DNA of 32,000 nucleotides from Chlamydiales bacterium (GCA_041395025.1 JAWLBH010000001.1:870001-902000), one strand, 5' to 3'. Shown: positions 19,506 through 28,985, numbered from the stretch's first letter. The notes: generated by a model not told the origin, from the letters alone. A program made the numbers and translations.

Positions 19506-21322
19506 AACTCCTCATGAATGAGGTTTTTCATAATAAAATCCCGTCGTTGCGGAGTATTCTTACCCATGTAGAATTCTAGTGTCGGTTTGATATCTGAAAA
19601 AGCATTAACTTGGATTGGTTTTAAGCGCATATTATCGCCGATAAATTGTTTGAATTCATTTGGTGAAATTTCTCCAAGGCCTTTAAAACGCGTAATCTCA
19701 ATATTTTTCTTTAATAATTTTATGGCTTCTTCTTTCTCTTGACTAGAATAACAATAGATTGTTTGGGTTTGATTGCGTACCTTGAATAGAGGAGTTTCTA
19801 AAATAAATAAGTGGCCATTAATTACAAGGCTTTCAAAATAGGTTAAAAAGAGTGTGATCAGTAAATTCCGAATATGCATTCCATCTACATCAGCATCAGT
19901 CGCTAAAATCACCTTGTTATAACGCAGATCTGTAAGATCTTCTTCAATATTCAATGCACTCATGAGGTTAAAAATTTCCTCATTTTTGTAGATCTGATCT
20001 ATTTTCATTCCATAGACATTTAAAGGTTTTCCTCGAAGAGAAAAAATCGCTTGTGTTAATGGATCACGCGCTGAAACAATTGAAGCACTGGCTGACTCTC
20101 CTTCAGTTAAGAAGATCATCGTTTTATCGCCATTTCCATATTTTGAGTGTTCATTATAATGGAATTTGCAGTCACGTAGCTTAGGAATTTTAAAGAAAAT
20201 TTTCCTCTGTTTTTCCTTTGCCTCTTTCTTCACAGCAGCAAGTTCTTTACGCAGTCTTTCATTATGTCCAATGCGTTCAAAAATTTGCTTTGCTTCTTGA
20301 GAGTGAAGATGGAGCAGTTGAACAACAGCTTCCTTGACTTCTTGGACAATAGGATAGCGAATTTCAGTATTACTAAGTTTATTTTTTGTTTGTGATTCAA
20401 AAATAGGATCTTTCACCTTAACAAGTAGAGACCCAACTAATCCTTCTCGTACATCAACACCTTGAAATTTTTTTTTCGCAGACTCATTGATTCCTTTTAA
20501 AAGGCCTTCTCGAAAAGCTGAAAGATGAGTGCCTCCATCAGCTGTATATTGTCCATTGACAAAAGAATAGTGAGTTTCTCCATAATTTTGAGTATGAAGA
20601 AACACAAACTCGAGTCTTTCACTTCGGTAATGGAGAGGTTCATAGAGGCGATCTTCAGAGATTTCCTTATTGATCAGGTCAAGCAAACCGTATTTTGACT
20701 CAAAGACTTTCTCATTAAAAAAAAGCATCAACCCGATGTTCAGATAAGCATAATGCCAAAGCCGCTTTGCGATAAATTCTTCAAGGAAGGAATAATTTTT
20801 AAAAATTTCTTTATCAGGAATGAATTCAATATAAGTTCCGTTTTTCTCTTGTGTTTTCTTGGTTTTCTGATCAACTAATTTTCCTTGACTAAATAAGGCT
20901 TCAAATACTTTGTGATCCCGAAAGCTTTTAACGATAAAATGGCTAGACAGTGCATTAACAGCTTTCAAACCAATTCCATTTAAACCAACAGAAAACTGGA
21001 AAACATCATTATTATATTTAGCTCCGGTATTAATTTGGCTTACACATTCAATCACTTTACCGAGGGGGATTCCTCGTCCATAGTCACGTACGGCGATTGA
21101 AGAGATATCTGGATCATAAGAGAGGGTAATACGATCACCATACCCCATCATAAATTCATCAATGCTATTATCAATCACCTCTTTTAGAAGAATGTAGATT
21201 CCATCATCGATATGTGATCCATCTCCTAACCGACCAATATACATACCTGAGCGCATTCGAATATGTGTAAGAGGATCTACAGTCTGAATCGTACTCTCAT
21301 CATATTTTTTTTTCTTTGCCAT
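19502..21322 (-). CDS. parE: Type IIA topoisomerase subunit B (ParE / 'GyrB_2'-type)
   Basis: It has the GHKL ATPase motifs 'EVIDNSIDE' and 'GLNGIGLKAVNALS', the Toprim motifs 'LTEGESA' and 'ATDADVDGMHI', and 'FKGLGE'. The ATG at 21322 (MAKKKKYDES...) is preferred over the listed 21424. It overlaps parC by 4 nt. Confidence 0.9.
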   Translation of the reverse strand: MAKKKKYDESTIQTVDPLTHIRMRSGMYIGRLGDGSHIDDGIYILLKEVIDNSIDEFMMGYGDRITLSYDPDISSIAVRDYGRGIPLGKVIECVSQINTGAKYNNDVFQFSVGLNGIGLKAVNALSSHFIVKSFRDHKVFEALFSQGKLVDQKTKKTQEKNGTYIEFIPDKEIFKNYSFLEEFIAKRLWHYAYLNIGLMLFFNEKVFESKYGLLDLINKEISEDRLYEPLHYRSERLEFVFLHTQNYGETHYSFVNGQYTADGGTHLSAFREGLLKGINESAKKKFQGVDVREGLVGSLLVKVKDPIFESQTKNKLSNTEIRYPIVQEVKEAVVQLLHLHSQEAKQIFERIGHNERLRKELAAVKKEAKEKQRKIFFKIPKLRDCKFHYNEHSKYGNGDKTMIFLTEGESASASIVSARDPLTQAIFSLRGKPLNVYGMKIDQIYKNEEIFNLMSALNIEEDLTDLRYNKVILATDADVDGMHIRNLLITLFLTYFESLVINGHLFILETPLFKVRNQTQTIYCYSSQEKEEAIKLLKKNIEITRFKGLGEISPNEFKQFIGDNMRLKPIQVNAFSDIKPTLEFYMGKNTPQRRDFIMKNLIHEEL

Positions 21323-21392
21323 ATCCCAGAATGATAATAGACGACAAAAATCTAGTCTAGAATGCAAATATTTTGTTATAGATAGAAGGTCT

Positions 21393-22415
21393 ATGCAGAT
21401 AGCGATTCTTGGAATTAGCCACAAATCAGCTGATTTAACGCTAAGAGAAAAATTGGCTAAGGTTTGTCATCGCCAATTTGGATCCAATAAGTCCATACAT
21501 CCATCTTATGCCTATGTGCTTCTTTCAACTTGTAACCGCATTGAAATTTATTTCAGTTCGATAGATCTTGCAAAAACCCACACCCATCTACTAGAGATGT
21601 TAAGAGGTGAAATGCAAGAGGAGTTTGAACCTCATATCTATTCTTATTTTGGGAACAACTGTTTTTCTCATTTAGCTCGTGTGACAGCAGGATTTGATAG
21701 TGTTTTGATGGGGGAAACTGAAATTCAAGGACAGGTGAAACAAGCTTATGAAGAGGCAATTTCTGTCCGTTTCTTATCCCGTGAACTTCATTTTCTCTTT
21801 CAAAAATGTTTAAAAATTGGCAAAAATATTCGGAGTCGAGGAGCAATATTCCAAAAACTTCCTAAGTTAGAAGGGACAATTTTACAAGCTGGTCAGATTT
21901 TACTTGGCCACTTAGAAAAAAAAACTATTCTCTTTGTAGGATTTTCTGAAATCAATCGGAAGATTTTTTTTGCATTTAAATCTAAGGGAATTCTCAACAT
22001 GACTTTTTGCAGCCGCTCTTATGAAAAAGAAGATCAGATGGCTCAGAAGGAAAATATTCAATTTCTGCCTTGGAATGCATTTCACAAGTGGTCAACATTT
22101 GATTTTATTATTTTTGCCACCAAATATCCTGATTTTTTAGTTCTCGAGTCATCTAAGGTGAGAAAAAAAACCCTCATTATTGACTTAAGTGTGCCACGTA
22201 ATGTTCATCCTCAATTAGGAAAGAATAAACAAATCACCCTTTTGAACATCGATCAACTCGGTCGATTGATGGATCGTAGAAAGGGGAGTAAAGATCCTAA
22301 AATGGGACAGATTGAAATGCAACTGATTGCTGAAACAGTAGAACAACAGGTCTCTCTTTTTAAGCTTAAAGAATTACAACGTCTCCAAACTGTCTTTTCT
22401 ACAAGATCTGCCTAA
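21393..22415 (+). CDS. hemA: Glutamyl-tRNA reductase
   Basis: It has 'ILGISHKSADLTLREKL', the catalytic-Cys motif 'STCNRIEIY' and 'GETEIQGQVK'. It is short at 340 aa. Confidence 0.85.
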   Translation: MQIAILGISHKSADLTLREKLAKVCHRQFGSNKSIHPSYAYVLLSTCNRIEIYFSSIDLAKTHTHLLEMLRGEMQEEFEPHIYSYFGNNCFSHLARVTAGFDSVLMGETEIQGQVKQAYEEAISVRFLSRELHFLFQKCLKIGKNIRSRGAIFQKLPKLEGTILQAGQILLGHLEKKTILFVGFSEINRKIFFAFKSKGILNMTFCSRSYEKEDQMAQKENIQFLPWNAFHKWSTFDFIIFATKYPDFLVLESSKVRKKTLIIDLSVPRNVHPQLGKNKQITLLNIDQLGRLMDRRKGSKDPKMGQIEMQLIAETVEQQVSLFKLKELQRLQTVFSTRSA

Positions 22416-22447
22416 AGCAAATTCATTAAGGTCAACAAGCTTCTAGA

Positions 22448-23815
22448 TTAAAATTCAGCATGACCAGCGTAACGAGGGAAAGCCACAACATCACGAATAT
22501 TTTCCATACCTGTCACAAATTGTACTAGACGTTCAAAACCAGCACCAAAACCAGCATGAGGAACTGAGCCATAGCGTCTTAAATCTAAATACCACCAATA
22601 ATCTTCCCTATTCAGTCCTTTGTCTTTGATTTTTTTTTCGAGGACTTCAATTCTTTCTTCTCGTTCGCTTCCACCAATTACTTCTCCAACATTAGGAACC
22701 AAGAGATCCATAGCAGCAACTGTCTTCCCATCATCATTATTACGCATATAAAATGGTTTAATATTTGCAGGGTAATTGGTGAGGATTAGGGGACCTTCCA
22801 CATACTCTTCGCATAAGTAACGTTCGTGTTCAGCTTGAAGATCAGATCCCCATGAAGGGGGGAATGTAAATGTTTTAGGACTCTTTTTAAGGATGGTGAT
22901 GGCTTCATCATAAGTCATCCGTACAAAGGGTTCTGAAATTGTCTTTTTTAGTCTAGCAATCACACCCTTGTGGATATATTTATCAAACAATTCCATATCT
23001 TCTAAATGTGTATTAACTATCTCACTAAAGAGATTTTTTAAGTAGTTTTCTGCTAAATCCATATTGTCATAGAGATCAGCAAAAGCCATTTCAGGTTCAA
23101 TCATCCAAAACTCAGCAAGATGACGAGATGTATGAGAATTTTCAGCACGAAATGTAGGGCCAAATGTGTAGACATCAGAAAGAGCACAAGCATAAGTTTC
23201 TGCGTTAAGTTGTCCTGAAACATTTAAGTAAGCTTTTTTCCCAAAAAAACTTTCTGAATGATCGATCGTCTCTATTTTCTCTTTAGATTGAGTTTGATCA
23301 AGCGTCGTAATTTGAAAAAGCTGACCAGCTCCTTCAGAATCGGAAAAGGTAATAACCGGAGTTTGAAGATAAAAAAACCCCATTTTTTGAAAAAAACTAT
23401 GAGTTGCATAAGCTAAGGTATTGCGTATACGTGTGATCGCACCGATCACATTCGTACGTGGGCGCAGATGAGTAATCTCACGTAAAAACTCAAGGGAATG
23501 GCGTTTTTTTTGAAGAGGATAGGTAACGGGATCACATGATCCTAGGTAATGAATCTTATGAGCATAGAGCTCATTTTTTTGTTTTGTTCCTAGGCTTTCA
23601 ACTACTTTACCTGATATCACAACCGCAGTGCCTGTTGTGATATCAGGGGGTAATTTTTCCACAATGACTTGGAGGTTAGAAAGAGTAGATCCATCATTCA
23701 ATTCAAGAAAAGCAAAGTTTTTTTGAGCTCGAACAGTACGCACCCAGCCCTTTACAGTGACTTCTTGTCCAATGAATTTTTGATCTTCTTTTATTTTTAG
23801 AATTCTTGTACGCAT
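22448..23815 (-). CDS. asnS: Asparagine--tRNA ligase
   Basis: It has an N-terminal OB fold ('VTVKGWVRTVR') and the class II motifs 'FRAENS' and 'GFGAGFERL'. The ATG at 23815 (MRTRILKIK...) is preferred. Confidence 0.9.
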   Translation of the reverse strand: MRTRILKIKEDQKFIGQEVTVKGWVRTVRAQKNFAFLELNDGSTLSNLQVIVEKLPPDITTGTAVVISGKVVESLGTKQKNELYAHKIHYLGSCDPVTYPLQKKRHSLEFLREITHLRPRTNVIGAITRIRNTLAYATHSFFQKMGFFYLQTPVITFSDSEGAGQLFQITTLDQTQSKEKIETIDHSESFFGKKAYLNVSGQLNAETYACALSDVYTFGPTFRAENSHTSRHLAEFWMIEPEMAFADLYDNMDLAENYLKNLFSEIVNTHLEDMELFDKYIHKGVIARLKKTISEPFVRMTYDEAITILKKSPKTFTFPPSWGSDLQAEHERYLCEEYVEGPLILTNYPANIKPFYMRNNDDGKTVAAMDLLVPNVGEVIGGSEREERIEVLEKKIKDKGLNREDYWWYLDLRRYGSVPHAGFGAGFERLVQFVTGMENIRDVVAFPRYAGHAEF

Positions 23816-23819
23816 GAGA

Positions 23820-24686
23820 TTATCTGGAAAATTGACGCAACATGGCAATCTCTTTTTTCCAAAGAGAGTTGCCTCCTGGTGTTTCTAAATATTTTGGAAT
23901 GTCACGTGTGTCTGTAGACGACATGAGAAATTTGAAACTTTCTAATCCAATAGCCCCTTCTCCAAGAGGAGCATGACGATCTCGTTTTGAACCAAAGGGT
24001 TTCATAGAGTCATTTAGATGAAATGCATAGAGATGTTTAAGGCCAATCGTCTCATCAAAATCTTTTAATGTTTTTGACCATCCTTCTACATTGCGAATAT
24101 CATAACCTGCAGCAAAAATATGGCATGTGTCGAGACATACACCTACAGGTAAAGATGTTTTTGTTCTGTCGATAATATACGCAAGCTCATTGAAGGTAGA
24201 TCCAAGAGTGGAACCCTGTCCAGCAGTTGTTTCAAGCAAAAGACGCAGGCCATCGTGGTTAATTAACTTCTGAACATGGAACATACCTTTAATGATCCTT
24301 TCAAGAGAAGCTTCACGTGGGCTATTTAAAGCGGCACCTGGATGAAAATTTAAGTAAGTAATACCCAAATTGCAACATCTTTCTACTTCTTGATAAAAGG
24401 CATCAAGGCTTTTATGCCAATTTTCTTCTTGAGGAGATCCAAGATTGATTAGGTAGCTCGCATGACTCATGATTTTCGATAAACCCGTTTTCTCTAAAGT
24501 TTTTTTAAAAAGATCGATGGCTTCACTTGTCAGTTTTTTCCCTTTCCATTGTCTTTGATTAGAGGTAAAAAGTTGCACAGTAGTTGCTCCTATGTTTGCT
24601 CCTTCAATTAGGGCATGATGGACTCCACCTGCAGTCGAAGTGTGTGCTCCAATTAAGAGTTGATTGGCTAGTATAGGACATGGCAT
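23820..24686 (-). CDS. nfo: Endonuclease IV (AP endonuclease)
   Basis: It has 'IGAHTSTAGG', 'HASYLINL', 'NFHPG', 'CLDTCHIFAAGYD', 'FHLNDS' and 'DRHAPLGEG'. The start at 24686 (MPCPILANQLLIGAH) was chosen, and 24716 is an alternative. Confidence 0.9.
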   Translation of the reverse strand: MPCPILANQLLIGAHTSTAGGVHHALIEGANIGATTVQLFTSNQRQWKGKKLTSEAIDLFKKTLEKTGLSKIMSHASYLINLGSPQEENWHKSLDAFYQEVERCCNLGITYLNFHPGAALNSPREASLERIIKGMFHVQKLINHDGLRLLLETTAGQGSTLGSTFNELAYIIDRTKTSLPVGVCLDTCHIFAAGYDIRNVEGWSKTLKDFDETIGLKHLYAFHLNDSMKPFGSKRDRHAPLGEGAIGLESFKFLMSSTDTRDIPKYLETPGGNSLWKKEIAMLRQFSR

Positions 24687-24708
24687 AGTGATCGTTATAA
24701 CACGATTA

Positions 24709-26337
24709 ATGATCATGATTCAAGATTCTTCAGATACAGTCACAAACTCTTTTAAGCGATTTTTGTCTGGGACAATGATTAGCCGTATGACAGGTCTAAT
24801 ACGAGAAATGACTATGGCTGCTGCTTTTGGTACGATTCCAGCAGTCGCTGCCTTTTGGATGGCTTTTCGTTTTGCCCACCTTCTAAGACGTCTTTTTGGA
24901 GAAGGAGTGTTGAATGTTGCTTTTACTCCACATTTTGAAACACTACGTCATACAGATCCGAAAGAAGGAGCACGTTTTTTTTTTGATCTTTCTACAGGAT
25001 TATCTCTCTTTTTGCTTTTTTCTATTTTATTAATAGAAGGGATATTAGGGAGTTTTTTTCTTTTTAAAGAGATGAGTCCAAATAATCGAGAGGTCATCTC
25101 TTTAACAATGATTATGCTACCCGCACTCATATTTATCTCACTTTATGCACTCAATTCTGCATTGCTTAATTGTGAGTATTGGTATTTTTTGCCTAGTGTA
25201 GCTCCTGCTTTTCTCAATCTTGTTTGGTTGATGGCTCTTGTCTTTTTATGGCGTAAACCCCCTAATCAAGCATTACAATCTCTTGCTATGATCCTTGTTT
25301 TTGCTTTTGCTCTTCAATGGTTAGTCACACTTCCTCCAGTATACCGCTATCTTTCCAAAAATCTTGGGAAAAATTGGTGGCAAAATCAAGCATTTTCTGG
25401 ACAAGCTATTGTTCGTATTATTTCTCCCTTTTTTCTTGGAATCATTGGAGTGGGTGCTACTCAACTTAATAGTGCTATGGATGTCCTATTTGCTCGTGCT
25501 GCCCACCCTGAAGGACCAGCTTTTCTTTGGTATGCTATTCGTATCCAACAACTTCCTTTTGCTTTACTGGGAGTTGGTTTGACAGGTGCAATCCTACCTC
25601 CTATGAGTCGTGCAATTGAAAGTAAAGATTGGGAAAAATACAAATTTTTTTTAAATTTTGCTTTAAAAAAAATTTTAGTCCTTATGATTCCTACAACAGT
25701 AGCGATTTTCGTCGTAGGATTTAGTGGGGTGAACTTGGTTTATGGACATGGTGCCTTTAGCTTTTCTGCAATTTTTGAAACCACTTTTTGTCTTTGGGCT
25801 TATGGGGCAGGACTTTTCCCAATGACAGTGGTTCTCATTTTTGCTACGGCTTTTTATGGCCAGAAAAATTACCGACTACCTACTTTAATCTCTTTGGGGG
25901 CTATTGGTTTGAATATTGGGTTGAACTCTCTTTTTGTGTTTGTCTTTGGGATGGGAGCAGTGAGTGTTGCTATTGCTACAACGTTGACTGCTTGTGTCAA
26001 CGGAATACTCTTGCTCATCGCACTCAAAAAAATCTCTCATTTAGAACTTGATTTACAAGATTTGGGGTATCTTCTCATCAAAGTGATGGTTTGTGCAGTG
26101 ATTTCTGCTTTTTTCACCTCTTTTATTGGATTTCTCCTCTTTAAAGATAATACTTGGCCTGTGCTTTTAGGCCAGCCCATGTATCCTTTCCCTCAAAGGA
26201 TTCCGCAACAAATTCTCATTTTTTGTACTTTAACATTTTCTTTTAGTGGAATTTTTCTGTCTTTAGCGCATTTTGCTCGTCTACGTCTTTTTCTTGATTT
26301 TCTTCCTAAGAAAAAATCTCCTCTTAGTCGATCGTAG
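24709..26337 (+). CDS. murJ: Lipid II flippase MurJ (MviN)
   Basis: It is a polytopic membrane protein of about 540 aa with a MurJ-like N-terminus 'FLSGTMISRMTGLIREMTMAAAFG'. The ATG at 24709 is preferred over the listed TTG at 24664. Confidence 0.85.
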   Translation: MIMIQDSSDTVTNSFKRFLSGTMISRMTGLIREMTMAAAFGTIPAVAAFWMAFRFAHLLRRLFGEGVLNVAFTPHFETLRHTDPKEGARFFFDLSTGLSLFLLFSILLIEGILGSFFLFKEMSPNNREVISLTMIMLPALIFISLYALNSALLNCEYWYFLPSVAPAFLNLVWLMALVFLWRKPPNQALQSLAMILVFAFALQWLVTLPPVYRYLSKNLGKNWWQNQAFSGQAIVRIISPFFLGIIGVGATQLNSAMDVLFARAAHPEGPAFLWYAIRIQQLPFALLGVGLTGAILPPMSRAIESKDWEKYKFFLNFALKKILVLMIPTTVAIFVVGFSGVNLVYGHGAFSFSAIFETTFCLWAYGAGLFPMTVVLIFATAFYGQKNYRLPTLISLGAIGLNIGLNSLFVFVFGMGAVSVAIATTLTACVNGILLLIALKKISHLELDLQDLGYLLIKVMVCAVISAFFTSFIGFLLFKDNTWPVLLGQPMYPFPQRIPQQILIFCTLTFSFSGIFLSLAHFARLRLFLDFLPKKKSPLSRS

Positions 26338-26357
26338 ATTTAAAAACAGAGACTTGA

Positions 26358-26984
26358 CTAGGTGCGGTGTGCTAAAAATTCACAGACGACTGGGATATTT
26401 ACTGGTATTGGAAGGATCGATTCAATCTGATCAATTTGAGGCGTTAACAAGAGTTTCCCTCTAAATTGATCTTTTTCAAGCTCAAGATAATCAGGAATTT
26501 TTTGAGAAGCAGTTTCCATGGCATCAATGATACACTTCATTTTGCGTGATTTATTACGGATAGAAATTTCCATACCAGGCTGCACATAAAAAGAACGACG
26601 ATCTACCTTTTTTCCATCGACTAAAATATGTCCATGTGAAACAAGCTGTTGTGCACCAAAAATTGTTCTTGTAAATCTTAATCTGTAAACAAGATTATCT
26701 AAACGACACTCAAGACGCTCAACAAACAGCTGGGTCGTATTGCCTTTTTTTTGCACAGCCTCTTTAAAAACATTGATCATTTGTTTTTCAAGGAGCATCC
26801 CATAACAGGCTTTAAGTTTCTGTTTTTCTTCCAATTGAAGACCATAGTCAGATTTTTTTCGACGACGTGCTCCATGTTGGCCAGGAGGATTGGCTTTTCT
26901 AAGAAGGGGATTTCGAGCTCGGCCAAAAATATTCGCTCCAAAACGACGAGCAATGCGATTTTTAGGTCCTCGATAACGTGCCAT
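26358..26984 (-). CDS. rpsD: 30S ribosomal protein S4
   Basis: It begins '[16 protein letters not shown]' and has an S4 domain ('RLDNLVYRL'). The SD reads 'taggagaaagcATG'. Confidence 0.96.
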   Translation of the reverse strand: MARYRGPKNRIARRFGANIFGRARNPLLRKANPPGQHGARRRKKSDYGLQLEEKQKLKACYGMLLEKQMINVFKEAVQKKGNTTQLFVERLECRLDNLVYRLRFTRTIFGAQQLVSHGHILVDGKKVDRRSFYVQPGMEISIRNKSRKMKCIIDAMETASQKIPDYLELEKDQFRGKLLLTPQIDQIESILPIPVNIPVVCEFLAHRT

Positions 26985-27075
26985 GCTTTCTCCTAAAATG
27001 ATAACAACTTTTCTTTAGATTGACTAAAGAGATTTGACTATTTTCTGAATCTTAAAAATTTTCATTCGCGATTAA

Positions 27076-27099
27076 GACCTTGTCGCTGACCTTGTCGCT
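27076..27099. repeat. Perfect tandem duplication of a 12-mer (GACCTTGTCGCT x2)
   Basis: Read directly: 27076-27087 equals 27088-27099. It lies in the rpsD/trhO divergent intergenic region. Confidence 0.9.
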
Positions 27100-27204
27100 A
27101 GAAAAGATAAAAGATCCTGAGGTTTCTTAGGAAAGAAATTGTATCCTTGTATCGGAATTTTCTACAATGGAATAATTTTCCTATTTAGTTTATGATCCTT
27201 AATC

Positions 27205-28137
27205 ATGAAATATCTTGCCTTAGCTTACTACAAATTTATCTCGATTGATGATCCTCACATTGAAGTCTTAAAACATAAAAAATTTTTTGAAAATAAAGAT
27301 GTGACGACTCGTATCTATATCTCTGAAGAGGGGATTAGTGGACAGATGAGTGGTTGCATAAATGATGCACAAGACTACATGGATTGGCTCAAAACACACT
27401 CTTATTTCTCTGACATGGTTTTTAAAATTCATCCAATTTCTGAAAATATTTTTCCTCGTGTGACTGTTAAATATCGTAAACAACTTGTAGCTTTTGATGC
27501 ACAAGTCAATCTCACAAAGGGAGGTCAACATGTCGCTCCTCGAGAATGGAAGAAGATGGTTGAGAGTGGTGAATATTTTCTCCTTGACGTTCGCAATAAT
27601 TATGAGTGGGCCATCGGCCATTTTCAAGGAGCTATGCTTCCACCGATTCGTACATTTCGTGAATTCCCTAAATATGCTCAGGAGCTTTCAAAAGCAGTCG
27701 ATCCCTTAAAAACTAAAGTCATGATGTATTGTACTGGGGGAATACGTTGTGAGCTCTATTCAGCTCTTCTTAAAGAAAAGGGATTTGGAGAGGTTTACCA
27801 ATTGGATGGAGGGGTGATTAATTATGGGATCGAAGAAGGCAAGACATATTGGAAAGGCAAATTGTTTGTCTTCGATGATCGGTTAGCGATTGATATCGAT
27901 GGAGGAGAAAGCACACCCATTGCACATTGTACTCATTGTCATTGTTTATCAGATACTTACTATAATTGTGCGAATATGGACTGTAATCATCTCTTCATTA
28001 GTTGTCCTACATGTCATGAGATCTATCAACGCTGCTGTTCTTTTTCATGTACAAAAGCCCCTCATCTCCGTAAGTTTACTGATACTATTGGAAATAAACC
28101 CTTTAGGAAAAAGCATACTCTCTTATCTTGCGTATAA
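27205..28137 (+). CDS. trhO: Rhodanese-domain protein UPF0176 / tRNA U34 hydroxylase TrhO (YceA)
   Basis: It begins 'ALAYYKF' and has the rhodanese active-site loop 'MYCTGGIRCE' and a Cys-rich C-terminal tail, all typical of YceA. Confidence 0.88.
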   Translation: MKYLALAYYKFISIDDPHIEVLKHKKFFENKDVTTRIYISEEGISGQMSGCINDAQDYMDWLKTHSYFSDMVFKIHPISENIFPRVTVKYRKQLVAFDAQVNLTKGGQHVAPREWKKMVESGEYFLLDVRNNYEWAIGHFQGAMLPPIRTFREFPKYAQELSKAVDPLKTKVMMYCTGGIRCELYSALLKEKGFGEVYQLDGGVINYGIEEGKTYWKGKLFVFDDRLAIDIDGGESTPIAHCTHCHCLSDTYYNCANMDCNHLFISCPTCHEIYQRCCSFSCTKAPHLRKFTDTIGNKPFRKKHTLLSCV

Positions 28138-28909
28138 GCTCAAGAACACGCTTTTCTGTTTTTGGAGTAAAGAGCGTTAAACCAGGTTTGATGCCTTTTT
28201 CAGATAATTCAAAGGCACGCATTGTATTACAGATTCGTCCATCTAAACGGATTCCGATCCCTTTTAATCCAGCCATATTTCCATAGTCAGCAAACATTTT
28301 AAGGGTAAGCTCACAAGCTGTAATCAGAAAAAGCACCTGTTGGTCTGGATAGTTGTGGATGAGGTCGAAAACTTTTTCACCGATATAATGAATTGTTGGA
28401 ATGATCAGTGGCTTGACCTTATTTTTAGGTAAAGCATGGACTATTTTTCCAATCGGACATTGGCGACAGATGGGGTGATCTGCCTGATGCATGCATCGAT
28501 CAGTAAAACGCCCCGAAGGACATTCAAGAGGTTTTTGACAATAGGAGAACCCAACCGCTAGAATAGAGTTTTTTAGCCTTTTTTCAAAATCCTGCACGGA
28601 GGAGATACCGTAGAGAAAAAAATCCTCATCTTTTCTATAAGATGTTTTTCTAAACAGAGAGTATAACAAGCGAAATCCATAGCGAATGGGATGTTTAAGA
28701 AAATGACGTAAAATCACTCGCTGTCTATCATGAGTCACCATGTATTTAAAACTTTTCCATTTTAACCCTTTCTGAGTTTCAGTAGTGATACCCGGAATAT
28801 TAGGAAATGTTTTTAATTTTCTCATGGCTTGGTTGAGTTCAGCTTTTTTTGCCCCTTGATCCCAAGCAGCTTCTGCTGTTTCCCATGAATGATATTTTTC
28901 CCAGAACAT
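28103..28909 (-). CDS. Cys-cluster protein, DUF116-like (function unknown)
   Basis: The pattern 'CQKPLECPSGRFTDRCMHQADHPICRQCPIGK ... ITACELTLKMF ... GIGIRLDGRICNT' resembles, from memory, the DUF116 layout. The start is uncertain. The ATG at 28909 has the SD 'ttaggagatcgATG', while the ORF is open up to the TTG at 28957 and ATG at 28951. Confidence 0.6.
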   Translation of the reverse strand: MFWEKYHSWETAEAAWDQGAKKAELNQAMRKLKTFPNIPGITTETQKGLKWKSFKYMVTHDRQRVILRHFLKHPIRYGFRLLYSLFRKTSYRKDEDFFLYGISSVQDFEKRLKNSILAVGFSYCQKPLECPSGRFTDRCMHQADHPICRQCPIGKIVHALPKNKVKPLIIPTIHYIGEKVFDLIHNYPDQQVLFLITACELTLKMFADYGNMAGLKGIGIRLDGRICNTMRAFELSEKGIKPGLTLFTPKTEKRVLELIRKIREYAFS

Positions 28910-28985
28910 CGATCTCCTAATCATTTGAACAGAATGCATTGCAAATGTCATTATCAAGTTTAGCTGAAAAAGTATAAAAATAGCT

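Noticed and set aside
21351-21361. 11-nt palindrome TCTAG-T-CTAGA in the 70-nt parE/hemA divergent spacer
   Set aside because: It is too short to distinguish from chance, and I know of no matching regulator motif. It would only be worth revisiting if conserved in orthologous spacers.
21323-21424. Long N-terminal extensions given by the ORF track (parE 21424, asnS 23848, typA 3207, ruvA 9654, ribBA 1170, hypothetical 17372)
   Set aside because: The extensions are unconserved-looking and hydrophobic or basic. Internal ATGs align with the canonical family N-termini and give sensible gene spacing.
24975-24984. Homopolymer tracts inside coding regions (T10 in murJ 24975-24984; T10 at 13214-13223 in the lptA-like gene; A/T9 at the parE 5' end around 21306-21314) as phase-variation switches
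   Set aside because: They encode plain Phe/Lys runs in frame, are common in AT-rich genomes, and show no sign of frameshifted copies here.
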